From the human T2T-CHM13v2.0 reference genome, Homo sapiens, in NCBI RefSeq assembly GCF_009914755.1, contig NC_060930.1: 64,000 nt of DNA; one strand, given 5' to 3'. The notes below the pieces were generated by a model, which was not told the origin of the DNA, did not search any database, and worked only from the letters and a program-made list of their open reading frames with translations. A program made the position numbers and the translations under genes. Positions 1-19,099 of this stretch are shown one piece after another. Positions within the stretch are counted from its first letter, which is position 1. Each line of letters begins with the position of its first letter.

Positions 1-504
1 AGTGTCCAGCATTAGGTTAATTCACCTGTGTCGAGCCAAAAACAGACCCTTTGATGTGAGAAATACCATTTTCCTCTGATCTTTCGATTGCCCTTTGTTT
101 ATCTGAGGGTCTGCTGGGAACAGTAGGCTATATATAGGGACAACTACTTTGATGTGGGAAATTTTGTTCTTTCCTAGTCTTTTCATTACAATTAACTTGA
201 TAGAACTTCTTTTTCATAAATGAATTCACACTGTCTACATCTCTTTAGATAAAGCAATAAAAGCAAGTGATATAAAAAAGATGTAGGTAGAATGTGTGAA
301 AAGTGTATAAAAAGATGTAGGTAGAATGATTAAAATGAGCTCAAATAAAAATTAAATTATTTAAGATAGATAGATTTATAACACATTTTAAGGCATCGGC
401 TGCCTCAAAGGATATTTGTGTCTTCATTACTTTGAGTTTTAATCTTTTATTACTATGGAACAGTAACTATGACATTTACATTTTAACCCCCACACAAATG
501 TATG

Positions 505-1137
505 TATGTATTCTCATTACTTGCAGATTCTGTATTTGTGGGTTTGCTTACTCACTAAAATTTATTTGTAACCCCCAAATCAATAAGTATAGTGCATTTG
601 TGGTCATTTGCAGCCATCACAAAGAAGCACAAAAAGTTGAGTTGCCCAATGCTTATATTCCTAGCTAAGGTCTAACCAGGAGACATTCTGCTTTCTTGTT
701 TTAGCTGTCATACTATAAACAAGTACCATTTTCACAATCTCACTGTCTATTGAATGCCATACTTTTTATATTCTCATGCTTTTTTGGGGGTGATTTCACT
801 GGTTAAAATTGTCCCCTTGCATAGTGCTGATGTGGTTTCTGGTGTTCCTAAGAGCAAGAAGGCTATGAATTGCCTTACAGAGGAAATATGTGTGTTAGGT
901 AAACTTTGCTGAGGTATGAGTGATAGTGAACCAACAATATACATAAATAATGTGACTTTAAACAAAAACACTCATAAAAGAAGGTTATGTGTTGATCAGA
1001 AGACAAAAATGTCGTAATCAGAGGCTCTCAGGAACCTAACTCTCTATTTTTCCTAGGAGCAATGGTTCAGTAATCATTAATTTAGTGTTCATGACAACTT
1101 TATAGAATATAACTACTACGAATAATAATAATTGACT
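505..1137. mobile_element. MER44-like (Tigger7-derived) DNA transposon fossil
   Basis: Recognised motifs such as aaatttatttgtaacccccaaatcaata and caggaacctaactct...cctaggagcaatggttcag. Confidence 0.7.
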
Positions 1138-1684
1138 ATATATACATAAATATATACCATATATACATATATGTATACATAAAATAGGGATTATGCACAA
1201 ATGCAATTAATTTACTATTTATATATTTTTATACATATATATGCATATATATTCATATACATAAAAATGTTCTAAAATAATGACCCTAAAATCTATAGGC
1301 ATTTAATGAAAATGTGTGGAATGATTAAATAAATATGTGGGATTGGATTAAATAAATGATTGGATGGATAGGTGGGTGGATGGCAGGGAAGATGGATAGA
1401 GACTTGGCAGGCTGCCTTTAAAATGCTGGTAGCACCCTTTAATTCAATTTAGCCAGGATATTTGATATACAGAAAGCTTCTATCTAGTAAATTCCTTGCT
1501 ATTATTGATAATATAACCAGTGGCTAACCATTATTCTAATATGGGAAACTTTAACAAACAGTTAATTAAACAGTTATTAAGCACACAAAAGTTATATTAA
1601 CACCATCAGCACAAGCTATCAGCCTAATGTCACTTATTTGCTGCTGTAAACCATAATAGAACTAGAAAAAATATATATATATAC

Positions 1685-2480
1685 ACACTTGGCCCTCCAT
1701 ATGTGTGGGTTCTGAATCCGTGGATTCAACTAACTGTGGATTGAAAATATTTGGGTGGAATCAACCTAAATGCCCATCAATGACAGACTAGATAGAGAAA
1801 GTGGTACCTATACACCATGGAATATTATGCAGCCATAAAAAAGCAAGCTCATGTTTTTTGTGGGAACATAAATGGAGCTGGAGACTATCATCCTTAGCAA
1901 ACTATATACCACACATTCTCACTTATAAGTGGGAGCTAAATGATAGGAACTTATTAACGCAAAGGGGAAACAACAGACACTGGGGTCTGCTTGAGGCAGG
2001 AGGGTGGGAGGAGGGAGAGGAGCAGAAAGTATAACTATTGAGTGCTGGCTTAATACCTGGGTGATGAAATAATATGTACAACAAACCCCTATGACACATG
2101 TTTACCTAGGTAACAAACCTTCACATGTACCCCCAAACCTAAAATAAAAGTGGAAGAAAGAGAGAAAGAAAAGACAGACAGACAGACAGACAGAAAGAAA
2201 GAAAGAAAGAAAATATTTGGAAAAAAATTGCGTCTGTACTGAACATGTACAGACTTTTTTTTGTCACTATTCCCTAAACAATACAACAATGATTGACATA
2301 GCATGTATATTGCATTAGCTATTATAAGTAATCTAGAGATGATTAAAATATATAGGAGGGTATGCATAGGTTATATGCAAATCCCAAGCCATTTACTAGC
2401 AGGGACTTAAACATCTTCTGATTTTGGTACCTGAGGGAGGTCATGGAACTAATGCCCTATGAAAGCCAAGGGATGACAAT
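1685..2480. mobile_element. MER2 (Tigger-class) element interrupted by an L1 3' fragment
   Basis: ggccctccatatgtgtgggttc...ttgaaaatatttgg resumes at aaaaattgcgtctgtactgaacatgtacagac. Confidence 0.8.
1755..2208 (+). mobile_element. 5'-truncated L1P 3' end; tail decayed to (GACA)n(GAAA)n
   Basis: L1 3' UTR motifs (ttctcacttataagtgggagc, aacaaaccttcacatgtacccc); TSD gaaaatatttgg at 1743-1754 and 2209-2220. Confidence 0.88.
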
Positions 2481-2634
2481 ATCTCCTGATATGTAAGTTC
2501 AGGTCCAGGTGTTTTACATTGAAAGGTATATAGTACCTTTCTTAGGTATGAGTAATAGATCGTGTGCTATTTTAATTTAAATTTCTATTTTACTAATATT
2601 TTATCTTACATCTTTTTTGAAATTATCATTTTAG

Positions 2635-2856
<222 letters not shown>

Positions 2857-3040
2857 TAGTTTCTAAGGGCTGAGGGTGCAAAGGTGTTTTACCACTATTT
2901 GTAACTTGAATTTTTAAAACATTTATGGTTGTTAACTCAAATAGGTATGTTTAAACTTGGATATTGGGTTATAAATGTATCCATCTGGAAGTTACTCAGA
3001 AAGATTATCTGTTAATGTTTTTCCTCATTTTGTTTTGTAA

Positions 3041-3321
<281 letters not shown>

Positions 3322-3540
3322 TTGTAATTCTTTTAAAGGGAGAGAGGAACCATCCAATTTTACCAGTTTGATTGCTACGTTTTTGATTTTTGAGGCAGAT
3401 TCTTAGATAATTATATCTTTTAATTACTACAAAGATTAAAATTTCAATTTTAATACATGTTGCAACTATTAATCTTGTTTAGTTTCTAGTAAGGTACACC
3501 ATTTCTACCCAAAGTAATTACTGACTTTCGCTTATCCTAA

Positions 3541-3663
<123 letters not shown>

Positions 3664-3699
3664 TAGTGAAGCACTTTCAGATATTCTCCCAGCTAGGCA

Positions 3700-4880
3700 G
3701 AAATGATCAAGATGTTTTCTGTCTTAATCTTGGTGGCAATTCTATTAATCCAGTTGTTTAAGCCAAAAATCTTGGGAATCACCATTGATTCCTTTCCTTT
3801 ATGTCACTCAAGCAGTCTCTCAGTAAATGCTTTTGGCTGTAATTAAAAATCTATGTAGCCTGAGAACTTTTTATTACCTCTAGCATTACCACTCTGGTTC
3901 GAGCTGTCATCTCTTGCCTGTATTAACTGCAGTTGCCTCTTTACTCATCTCTGCTTCTTATCCTTTATAATCTAGTCTCATCCCACCCACCAGAGGGATT
4001 CCTTTAAAATTCAAGTCCAGCCAGGTGCGGTGGCTCATGCCTGTAATCCCAGCAGTTTGGGAGGCTGAGATGGGCTGATCACCTGAGGTCAGGAGTTCAA
4101 GACCAGCCTGGTCAACATGGTGAAACCCTGTCTCTACCAGAAGAAAAAATACAAAAATTAGCTGGGCATGGTGGCGCATTACCTCTAATCTTGGCTACTC
4201 TGGAGGCTGAGGTGGGAGAATAGCTTGAACCCAGGAGGTGGAGGTTGCAGTGAGCTGAGATCAGGGGCTCCTGCAGTGTAGTCCAGCCTGGGCGACAGAG
4301 CGCGACTCCGTCTCAAATGAATAAAATAAAATTAAATAAAATAAAATGCAAGTCCAATTATGGCATTATTTTGCACCAAAAACTTCAATGGCCCCCTGTG
4401 TCACTCAGAGTAAAAGCTTACAAGGCCCTGTGTGGCATGACCTCTGGTGTCCCCTTACCTCTCAGACCTCCCCTTCTGCTACTCCCTCGGGTGCTCACTC
4501 TGAACTCGTTGGTGGACTTCAACATGCTAGACTTGCTTCTGCTGCAGGACATTGCACTGGCTGTTCACCCTCCCTGAGATGATTTGCTCCATGGATCCGA
4601 ATGCCTACTCTTTCCCTGCCTTCCAGCTCTGTTGAAAAATTACCTTCTCAATATTGTCTTACCCCAGTTATACTTAAGATTTAAAATTTCAAACCACCTT
4701 CATCTCAGTTACTCTGCTCTAGTTTTTTTTTTTTTTTGGTCCACAACATTTATCACCTTTTAATACGCTATATAATTTATTTTTATATTAGGTCTATTGT
4801 TTGGTACTTGTCTTCCTGCATTAGAATGTAATCTTTGGTTTCCTCACTGATACATTCTGTTTTGAATGAACAAATAGTAT
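3700..4880 (-). mobile_element. Degraded L2 fragments, interrupted by an Alu
   Basis: Pyrimidine-rich L2-like motifs ending in caataaatgtt/tgaatgaa. Confidence 0.55.
4019..4347 (+). mobile_element. AluS
   Basis: Alu dimer, (TAAAA)n tail, TSD aaat(t/g)caagtcca. Confidence 0.93.
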
Positions 4881-5208
4881 CCAGCAATAAATGTTCAATA
4901 TATGCATATGCATACATTTTTAAAAATTGAATGAATGGATCATAATCAATTGTCTTTTATTTTAGTTAGGAGAAACTGAAAGAGAGAAGGGTGGGGTGAA
5001 ATAAAACAATCTACATTTCTTTTATAGTGCCGCAAGTGTATCTATAAACAGAAATCCCTTTGAATAATACTGAATACCTTCCAGTATTGTGATTATATAG
5101 GAACACAAAATGGGTAGCTGAAGATATTAAACTTTCTGAATAGGAATGTAATGGAGTTATTCTTGATTTGATTCATTTTAAAGAATTATTTCTACCCTAT
5201 TTTTTCAG

Positions 5209-5274
5209 AAGTGTCCCATTTGAAGAGAGGATTTCTACACTGTTAAAATGGCTGGACCTGCCCAAAGCTGAAAG
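5209..5274 (+). CDS. ENPP3: ENPP3 exon (10), 66 nt: [22 protein letters not shown]
   Basis: tttcag|A AGT...GAA AG|gtaatg; phase 2-2. Confidence 0.96.
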
Positions 5275-5425
5275 GTAATGTCTAGTGTCAGAAAAGTGCT
5301 GGCATAGTGGCATATATATGGGTAAAAAATGAAGTTTTTTTTTTTTTACTTTAAATTACAATTTTTGGCTATTTTCGAAACGACGTGGCATTGCCTTATA
5401 ATGGACACTTTTCATGAATTATTCC

Positions 5426-5721
5426 TGGCTGGGCAGGGGGTCTCACTCGTGTAATCTCAGCACTTTGGGAGGTTGAGGCAGGAGGATCACTTGAGCCCAG
5501 GAGTCCCGGACCAACCTGGACAACACAGTGAGATACTGTCTCTAAAAAAATGTAAAGAATTAGCTGGGCATGGTGGTACGCAGTTGTAGTCCTAACTACT
5601 TGGGAGGCTGAGGTGGAATGATCACTTGAGCCCAGAAGTTTGAGGCTGCAGTGAGTATGATCATGCCACTGCCCTCCAGCCTGGGTGACACAGTGATATC
5701 TCTCTCAAAAATAAAAAAAGA
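5426..5721 (+). mobile_element. AluJ
   Basis: Diverged Alu dimer; TSD aattattcct. Confidence 0.9.
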
Positions 5722-6167
5722 AATTATTCCTGGGAGCTAGTAACTTTTTGTTTTCGAAAATGTGGTTGACATTATTGAACAACAGAGATAGAGCCAGCAC
5801 CAGAGATCAGAGGCAAATATCACAGAACCAGAGCCAGATATGGAATGGAGCAGAGCTGGGAGCAGGCCTGACACTCAGTTATAAGGATAGACTCCAAGAG
5901 CACAAGGTGCTCCATCAAGCCCATACCCACAGATTGGAGTGAGGGAAGGCTAATCAGGAGCTCCAGGTAAACAGTGCATCAGAAACCAGACACCAGAAGA
6001 AAGAACTTGGTATAACAGAACCAAGAATCAGCAAAAAGTCAGAAACCAGGAAACAGAAAGGACTGGGACACACCAAGAGTGGTCTTAACTGCAAGAACAA
6101 AACAGAGTTTCACAATAGGGGCGTACCACTGCTTGTATCTGGGAAGGTCTTATTTATTTCCCGTTAG

Positions 6168-6449
<282 letters not shown>

Positions 6450-7339
6450 TAAAATCATCTAACCCTAACCCACAAAACAAGATAGTATTCTTTAACTTCT
6501 ACTGAGCACAAATGTATTTGATACATACACAAGAAGATCAAAATAGTTAAAGGTATAAAAGGGATGCCATGGTTCAACTGCCTACTTAACCATAAAATAG
6601 TTGAAATTCTAGAAAGGACAACTGCCTTATTAACTATATATTGAATCATTTGAAAAGCCCTCATTGAATATTAGATGTGGCACTGTTGTTGCATATAATG
6701 AAAACATCAAGGCTAGATACTATACAAGCCAATTCATACTAATGTGGTGCATTTCAGGCTAAGTCACCTGCAAGTCCACTGTGGTATATCCGGCTGTCTA
6801 CTCCCCGACAGTTCAGTTATAAGTTCCTTATAATTGGATTTAACATGTTATTGCCTCAGGCAGAGTTGTTTCCCTTCTAGGCTCCCATTGTCATTGAAGT
6901 GGACTCTCTAATATGAGTTTATTCATTATCTAGGCCATTCTGTTATGATTTTACTACACAAACATAGTCCTTAAATATTGCGTTTAACAAAACAAGCCAT
7001 TCTGTCTTCTAAACTCCGCTAAAGCCTCTATTGTCTTGGACACAGTGGAAAGATGCAAAGGCTGCCATGAATGTGGCATTTCCCCACCCCATGGAAACTC
7101 GTTGACAATTGTCCTCAATTGGAATGCAAGCATATTCGCTCTGGCAGCATGCCTTTGCAATTTCTCAGAAAAGCTTTTTTTAAATTCCTTCCTATTAGGC
7201 CAAAATGATTCCTAGTATAGGGACTTACTCAAGCCTCACCACTTTTAAGCCTTGGGCCTCTGTTGTATTCCTGCACAGCGCTAGACTGTATCACAGAATT
7301 GTATGCCTTTTCAGGTTACTCTAAGCGTGAACTATCTAA

Positions 7340-7866
<527 letters not shown>

Positions 7867-8399
7867 CATTCTTTTCTATTTTAACTGTTAGCCGTGTTTG
7901 ATATGATTTGTCCTTTGAGAAGGGACACTCTATTTGCATTCATTGCACCTTAGGAGCTGACTTGAGATTAGGTACCATGTCCTTTTTTTTTTTTTTTTTT
8001 TCCATTCAGTGGTCTAGTTCAAAACCCAAGTACATTTTAAGTATAATTTTGAAAAGTGCTGCAAAGGAAAAGATCGGAGTCCCCCAAGAGATCTATCTAG
8101 GCAGTCTCAATCTAGTCTAGAGTAGGGTGCAAATTTGGGCTGGTTAGGAGACTCTCCTCTGAGTGACAAAAAGGAAACAGAATTTGCAAGTGGTCTTATT
8201 GAGGAAAGAGCTGTGCACATAGGAGGAACACATAAAATGAACAAATGGTCTGACAAACAAATGGCTAGATGGCTCAGCAAGTAGACAGCGTGATCATGGT
8301 AAGAATAATAGTAGCAGCTCACCCTTATTTGTGTTCTGCTGTGCCAGAGCTGTTGGACAAGCTATGAGAATTATCTCCCACCAATGTCTGCAGCATTGT

Positions 8400-9070
8400 G
8401 TAACAGGGAAGAGGGCTAAGAGGAAGCCCAGAGAAGGAGTCAGGCACCAATCCTGCAGGGCCTTGCAGGTCCTTGCAGTCTAGAAAAAGTACAATAAGAA
8501 GCATTGAAGCATTGTAATAAAGGAGGTGACAGGACCAGATCTATGTGTATTTAGAGATCACTTTTATTGTGTAAGAGGAATGAGTTGGAGGAAGCAGGGG
8601 AAAGTGGGGAGAGACAGGTTAGCTTTCCCAACATTCCAGAAAAGAGATAACAGTGATTTGGACTAAGGTAGAGGCAAACATTGTGGATGGAAGAAGATAT
8701 AACTGAGATTCTTTTAGGAGATAGACTTGGCATGACTTAATGTGAGTTGGGTGAGGGGGTTGGGGGATCAAGATTGATTTCCTAGTTTCTATCATGTGCC
8801 AGCAGGTGGTCCCATTTATATTAATAAGACTGCTAAAGCAGGGTAAGTTTGGGGAGATGCTTGTTTTGCAATTGAGGTGCCTGTGATGTCCAAATGAGGA
8901 TGTCCAGAAGACAAATAAATGTGGATTTAAAGCTCAAAGGAGGTGAAGATCTGGGATATCGGCAGCATATAGATGGTGCACAGAAGTGGAGATGGCCTAA
9001 GGAGAAAGCAAAGAGAGAAAATAGAAGGGTTAGGACCAACTGTCACTTAAAACTTGAGAAGAAGAGGCAA
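8400..9070 (+). mobile_element. Degraded L2
   Basis: Purine-rich L2-like motifs (agggccttgcagg, ttgaggtgcctgtga, gagatggcctaagg). Confidence 0.6.
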
Positions 9071-9679
9071 ATGAATGGAAGTAGAGATTTTCTGACTTTC
9101 TTAATTATTATTGTTAGTTTTAATCGCATACCTTTATTCAGAGTTAATATGACTTATAAATTGACAGTAAAAAGGCGATTTTAGTTTATTTTGGCCCATT
9201 CACTAAGTGGAAAACTTATCACTCAAACTTATCAAAGCTACTCAATTGTTGCCCATTATAGGAATTTCTTGTTTCTTTCCTTTGGTTGGGTGAGAGTTGG
9301 GAACTGGCATTTCACATTCTATGGAGTGTGTACTTCATGACAGAATCTGGGTTCAAGAAATATGTAATGATTTGGGTTGCATGATCCCTTTCCTGTGAGA
9401 ACTCATGCTCTCCTTGAGAGGCAGACAGGTACACAGATGATTTCAAAACTGTAAAGAGTCCAATGGCAGCCATATGCCAGGGTGCTGGCAGAGGACAGAA
9501 GAGGAGGGGGTTCTTGGTGTGGTTGGGGGAGTGAATCAGATGACTATGTAAAAGGAACGTTATGTCATGACAACAGGTGGAAACAGTAACTCTCGCTGGC
9601 AAACCAAAGTGCAGGTCACACTAAGACTGAAGGCCAGGAAAGCATCTTGGAGTTGATGATGGATTGAGCTGTAGATAGA

Positions 9680-9870
9680 GAGTGGCTTGTGTTCAAGTCC
9701 TGCTCTGTCCCTTATTAACTGAAGGACTGTGAACATGTCACTTAACTTCTTTAAACCTCAAGTTTCCTGACCTTTACAACTGACTGTTCTGGTAGCACTT
9801 TCCATGAATATTTGCTGTGAGGATTTCAAGAGATAATGCACTAAAGACCTTAACTCTATCAGGCTTGTAA
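9680..9870 (+). mobile_element. MIR
   Basis: ttcaagtcctgctctg...gtcacttaacttctttaaacctca core. Confidence 0.6.
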
Positions 9871-10331
9871 AATTCCTTCTCAAAAAAAGAAAAAGAAGAG
9901 GCAATCATTGTTATAATAGTACTCTGAGAGATAAGACATTTCTTTCCCCAATCCATTGCTATTATGCTTTCTTATTCACTGGAAAAAAAAAAACACAGAA
10001 AATTTACATCAGTGAAATTTACTTAAACTTTATATTAGTTCCATGATTATATTCATAAAGTGTAGAAAATTAAAAAACACAAAGGCAGTGAGTATAAACA
10101 ATAAAATAAAAATGAACTCCAATTCTACTATTTAGAGACAACCACTGTCAATAGTACTTTGATATATTTCCTTATAGTTTTCTGTGTATGCATGTTTACT
10201 AAGAAATGCTAAATATATTTCAAAACAAAATCAGGATTATGCAATATGTATACAGTTTGGTTTTCATTTTTATTGCTTAACATTGTTTTGTGACTATTTT
10301 CCTATGCCATTGTTTTTTGTGGGGGATGGGG

Positions 10332-10605
10332 AGAGGGAGTTTTACTCTTTCACCCAGACTGGAGTGAAGTGGTGCAATCTTGGCTCACTGCCCCCCTGGG
10401 GTTCAAGTGATTCTCCTGCCTCAGCTTCCCTAGTAGCTGGGATTATAGGTGCCTGCCAGCACGCCCAACTAATTTTTGCATTTTTAGTAGAGATGGGGTT
10501 TCACCATTTTGGCCAGGCTTGTCTCAAACTCCTGACTTCAGGTGATCCACCTGCCTCAGCCTCCCAAAGTGTTAGGATTACAGGCATGAGCCACCACACC
10601 CTGCC
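10332..10605 (-). mobile_element. AluS
   Basis: Alu consensus. Confidence 0.9.
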
Positions 10606-10684
10606 CCACTGTTCTTTAAAAGTATCTTTTCATGGATATAGAGTAAGTCTTCTTAAGAATGTGTCATCATTTACTTTTCCTTGT

Positions 10685-10989
10685 GGCCAAGCGTGTCAGC
10701 TCACACCTGTAATTCCAACACTTTGAGAGGCTGAGGCAGGAGGATCACTTGAGCCCAGGAGTTTGAGAACAGCCTGGGAAACTTAATGAGATCGAATCTC
10801 TACAAAAAATTAAAGAATTAGCCAGGCATGATGGTGTCCACCTGTGGTGCTAGCTACTCAGGAGGCTGAGACAGGAGGATTGCTTTAGTCCATAAGATCA
10901 AAGCTGCAGTGAGCTGTGATTGTGTCACTGTACTCTAGCCTGGGCAACAGAGTAAGACCCTGTCCCTAAAAATAAATAAATAAATAAAT
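10685..10989 (+). mobile_element. AluJ
   Basis: Diverged Alu with (TAAA)n tail. Confidence 0.9.
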
Positions 10990-11508
10990 TATTTTTCCTT
11001 GCATTTAAATTATAAATCAGTAATGTGATGACTGTGTTTGTATGCAAGTCTCCATTTGTACTCCAAGTGTTGACTTAGGACAAATGCCCAGAAGTAGAAT
11101 CGTTGAGTTGCAGATGCTCTTTTTAACTCCCTGGAAACCTATTGTCACATGACCCTCTGGAATGTATGTGACCCTTAGGCTGTCTTAGAAGTATCTGTCC
11201 ACTCTTCTTTCTAACTGAGAGCATCGCTATGAAAATTTTTACAGTTGAATAGTGTTAGTTGACATTCAACATGGTTTCATGTATTTATTGGCCAGCAGTC
11301 TATCTTCCTTTGTAGGAAGTATGATTTAGATTTTTGTTTATAGAAATTTAGGGAATTGGTATTTGATGAATATGGTAGCATGGGTGCTAGTGCTGGGCTC
11401 TGAGGTTCTGTTTCAAAACCAGCAATTTCAGAGATGGAGATGTGTTTAATTTTTACTTCATTAGATAACGGTTTGGCTAATTAAGACAACTCATTACGAC
11501 AATCTTAA

Positions 11509-11718
<210 letters not shown>

Positions 11719-12222
11719 TAAAATCTCTACTTCCAGACCTAAAGTCTCTTGAAGAAGCAAGGAATGAATTGTGGTAGAATGTGATGAAAAGAGGACTACA
11801 TTAAATTTTCTAGTTTAATTATTCTGATACCCCTGAAAACCTACCCACAGACACTATGTTTTGTAAAAGTAGAGTTAATGATATTTAACAGGGATGTGGT
11901 TGGGTTTTTATTCAATCTAAAAAGTGCTTTGGGACCTTCTTTCCAGCCATGATTCGTTTATGTAGATTGGCTGCAGTTTACTGTAATTGGCAAGTTTTGC
12001 CACACCGTGTGTATTTTTTTTTAGTTATGTAAATAGATGTGTGTTTATTCATAGCTTTTCATCTTTAAAGTTACTGTCACCTCACATTTCTCTACTTGAG
12101 GTTAACTCTTGATTTTGGTTAACCTGAATGTTAAAGGAAGTGAAACAGTGGAGACACCCTCTGCCACCTCACGCAAAATGCATTCAAACAGTTTTGAAGT
12201 ACATATGCACTCACTCTACAGG

Positions 12223-12523
12223 TTTTTTTTTTTTTTTTTTTGAGATAGAGTCTCGCTCTGTCACCCAGGCTGGAATGCAGTGGCCCGATCTTGGCTCACT
12301 GCAAGCTCTGCCTCCCGAGTTCATGCCATTCTCCTGCCTCAACCTCTTGAGTAGCTGGGGTTACAGGCGCCCACCACCACGCCTGGCTAATTTTTTTGTA
12401 TTTTTAGTAGCGATGGGGTTTCACCGTGTTAGCCCGGTTAGTCTCAATCTCCTGACTTTGTGATCCGCCCACCTCGGCCTCCCAAAGTGCTGGGATTACA
12501 GGCGTGCGCCACCGGGCCTGTCC
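12223..12523 (-). mobile_element. AluY-like
   Basis: gcaagctc/ttcatgccattctc diagnostics; TSD ctctacag. Confidence 0.9.
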
Positions 12524-12870
12524 TCTACAGATATTTTTTTAAGTGCCTACTCAATGATAGGTACTTTCCTAGATATGGAGTAGATCCTTCCTAGCTAGGG
12601 TGGTCAAACTGTCTTCTTGAGGAGGACGTTTAAAGTCAAGCCCCAATATCTGTGAAGAGACCAGCCATGGGGCATGAGGAAGAAAAATAGTGTGTCTGCA
12701 GAACTTTTGGTCGTATTTTAGAGCATCCAGATAATGGGAAACATAGTAATGTATTTTTAAAATTTCTAAGGTAGTTCTCTAACACTTTGCCTTATTGTTT
12801 TAAAATTAAATGGAAACTTTTGATGTACATTTTGTTAAAAGAAATTAATGAAAATAATAATTTATATGCA

Positions 12871-13171
<301 letters not shown>

Positions 13172-13201
13172 TCATGTGCAGTCTGAAAAATCTTCAAATA
13201 A

Positions 13202-13557
<356 letters not shown>

Positions 13558-13820
13558 AAATAATATACTTTTAAAGGTAAAGGTTATTTCCATTAATCTA
13601 TTATACATTGAACAAATGATCTGTTTATGATACCCATCTGTTCTTCCCTCAAACATGACCCTTCTCCACTGCCACAATTTTCTGCCAGAGTAGAGTAATA
13701 GGGTGAATTGCGTAAATTCTCAGTGAAGCTTAGTTTGAGATCTGTAACATAAAATGTCTTCTATTTGACAAGACAGAAATCAACCGTTGCCATTTATATA
13801 CATTCAGTGGGTTATTATGA

Positions 13821-14069
<249 letters not shown>

Positions 14070-14348
14070 TGACTTCTTGAGAAGACCACAGAGAAACAAG
14101 TGGGAAATTCCCATGCTTAAGTACAGTCTATAAAGTCTATGGTAATATCTAATATTGTTAGGTTGAAATATATCCTACTCAGTTCTAAATGCTAAAATAA
14201 TTCTTTGCTTGAAATAATTTTTAATATAATTTTACCAGATCACAGTTATTAATAAGTGAATGTATCAAATTCACCTGAGTGGTTCACATTCTTTGCATTT
14301 GTTCGTTATCAATTGTAATGTCATTTATTTCTTTTTCTTTTGAAACAG

Positions 14349-14380
14349 TTAATTCTGAGGAAATTGTTAGAAACCTCAGT
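14349..14380 (+). CDS. ENPP3: ENPP3 exon (14), 32 nt: F-NSEEIVRNLS
   Basis: aaacag|TT AAT...AGT|gtaagt; restores phase 0. Confidence 0.95.
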
Positions 14381-14929
14381 GTAAGTATACAATACTCTTA
14401 ATACATATATTTAAGTTAATGCAATGACCTTAATCTGGGTTTTTGAGAAATTCATATTGTATATTTCTAAATCTAAGCTACTTGGAATTTATTTCTAAAC
14501 CTTCCATCAACATTATTTTATATGCATATTAGTTGCTTTTATCTTAGTTGTTTTCATTTTGGAGCTGACACATCCACAGAAATTAGCTTGCAGTAATAGT
14601 AGCACTAAATACTGGCTTATATTGAAAGGGCTGATGTCCCATTCAAAAGGGTTGCATTAGTGAGCTTCAGGTAGCATCGTCTTTCTCATTTTTTGTGTGA
14701 CTAATATAAGAGGATAGTGAATTATACCTCTTACAGATCTTTTTTTTACAAGTCAAAAAGATAATCTCTTTACTCACTAAGTATAATTGCAACTGCTTTC
14801 GATTGGTTCCCACATCCCAAATTGTAAGTAAATGAGTAGAGAAACTTCCAGATATCTTAAAGCAATATTTTTGGAAGTACAATTCACTACTCCTGGAGAG
14901 ACCTGGAATGGTCTTCTGTAATAGTTTTG

Positions 14930-16270
14930 TTATTTATTTATTTATATTTATTTTACCTTTACAATGTTTGCCTTTATTAACTTTTTTTAAAAAATTCAAC
15001 TTTCATGTTAGATACAGAGGGTACATGTGCAGATTTGTTACATGGGAATATTGTGTGAGTCTGAGGTTTGGAATATGGAACCTATCATCCTGGTAGTAAG
15101 CATTGTACCCAATAAGTAGTTTTTTAACCCATACACCTCCTCTTCCCTCTAGTAGTCCACAGTGTCTATTGTTCCCATACTTATGTTCACGTGTGTTCAA
15201 TGTTTAGCTCCCACTTATAAGTGACAACATGCAGTATTTGGTTTTCTGTTCCTGCATTAATTTGCTTAGGATTATGGCCTCCAGCTCCATTCATGGTGCT
15301 GCAAAGGACATGATTTCATTCTTTTTTTATGGCTGCATAGTATTCTATGATGTATATGTACCACATTTTCTTTATCCAATATACCATTGTTGAGCACCTG
15401 GGTTGATTCCATGTCTTTGCTATTGTGAATAATGCAGCAATACACATATGAGTTTATGTGTCTTTTTGGTAGAATGTTTTATTTTGGTGGAGGGGTATAT
15501 CCCCAGTAATGGGATTGCTGGGTAGAATGGTATCTCTGTTTTAAGTTCTTTGAGAAATCTCTAGACTGCTTTCCACAGTGGCTGGACTAATTTATACTTC
15601 CATCAACAGTATATAAGTGTTCCTTTCTCTGCAGCCTCACCATAGCGTCTATTGTTTTTTGACTTTTTAGCGGTGGCCATTCTGACTAGTGTGAGATGGT
15701 ATCTCATTGTGGTTTTGATTTGCTGACAAAAACAAGCAATTGGGAAATAACATAATAAACGGTGCTGGGATAACTAGCCAGCCACATGAACATTGAAGCT
15801 GGACCCCTACCTTTTGCCATATATAAAAATTAACTCAAAATGGATTAAAGATTTAAATATAAGACCTCAAACTATAAAAATCCTGGAAGGCAACCTAGGA
15901 AATACTCTTCTTGACATGGGTCTTGGCAAATAATTTTTGGCTAAGTCCCCAAAAGCAATTACAACAAAACAAAAAATAGGTGAGACCTAATTAAACTAAG
16001 AGCTTCTGTATAGCCAAAGAAACTATCAACAGAGCAAACAGCCTACAGAATGGGAGGAGATATTCACAAACTACAACAAAGGCCTAATATCCAGAATCTA
16101 TAGGGAATTTAAACAAATCAACAAGCAAAAAACAAATAACCCCATTAAAAAGTGAGCAAAACAAATGAACAGACACTTCTCAAAAGAAGACATACAAGTA
16201 GCCAGCAAACATGTTAAAAAATACTCAGCTTCACTAATTCTCAGAAAAATGTAAACCAAAACCACAATGG
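14930..16270. mobile_element. L1P(B)-type element with 5' inversion (twin priming): 3' end on the - strand (to ~15723), ORF2 segment on the + strand (~15724-16270)
   Basis: Orientation switch at ...ggttttgatttgc|tgacaaaaacaagc...; TSD aatagtttt at 14920 and 16271. Confidence 0.88.
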
Positions 16271-16393
16271 AATAGTTTTTATAGTTATATATTTAAAATA
16301 TATTCACAAATATTTATCTACTACATGAAATTCATGACTTCACTATTGTTTGCAATGCGACTGTAACTATTTGAGTATGGGGGTATACAGTTA

Positions 16394-19099
<2,706 letters not shown>

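Noticed and set aside
265-328. ~28-bp direct repeat aagtg.tataaaaagatgtaggtagaatg
   Set aside because: Simple local slippage duplication
5770-6110. Purine-rich stretch with recurring cagaa(a)cca motifs
   Set aside because: Probably an ancient LTR or low-complexity remnant; I could not assign it or show a regular period
10184-10726. 180-aa ORF, and similar ORFs at 19683, 30024, 45147, 49517 and 63521
   Set aside because: Alu-derived peptides with no independent coding evidence
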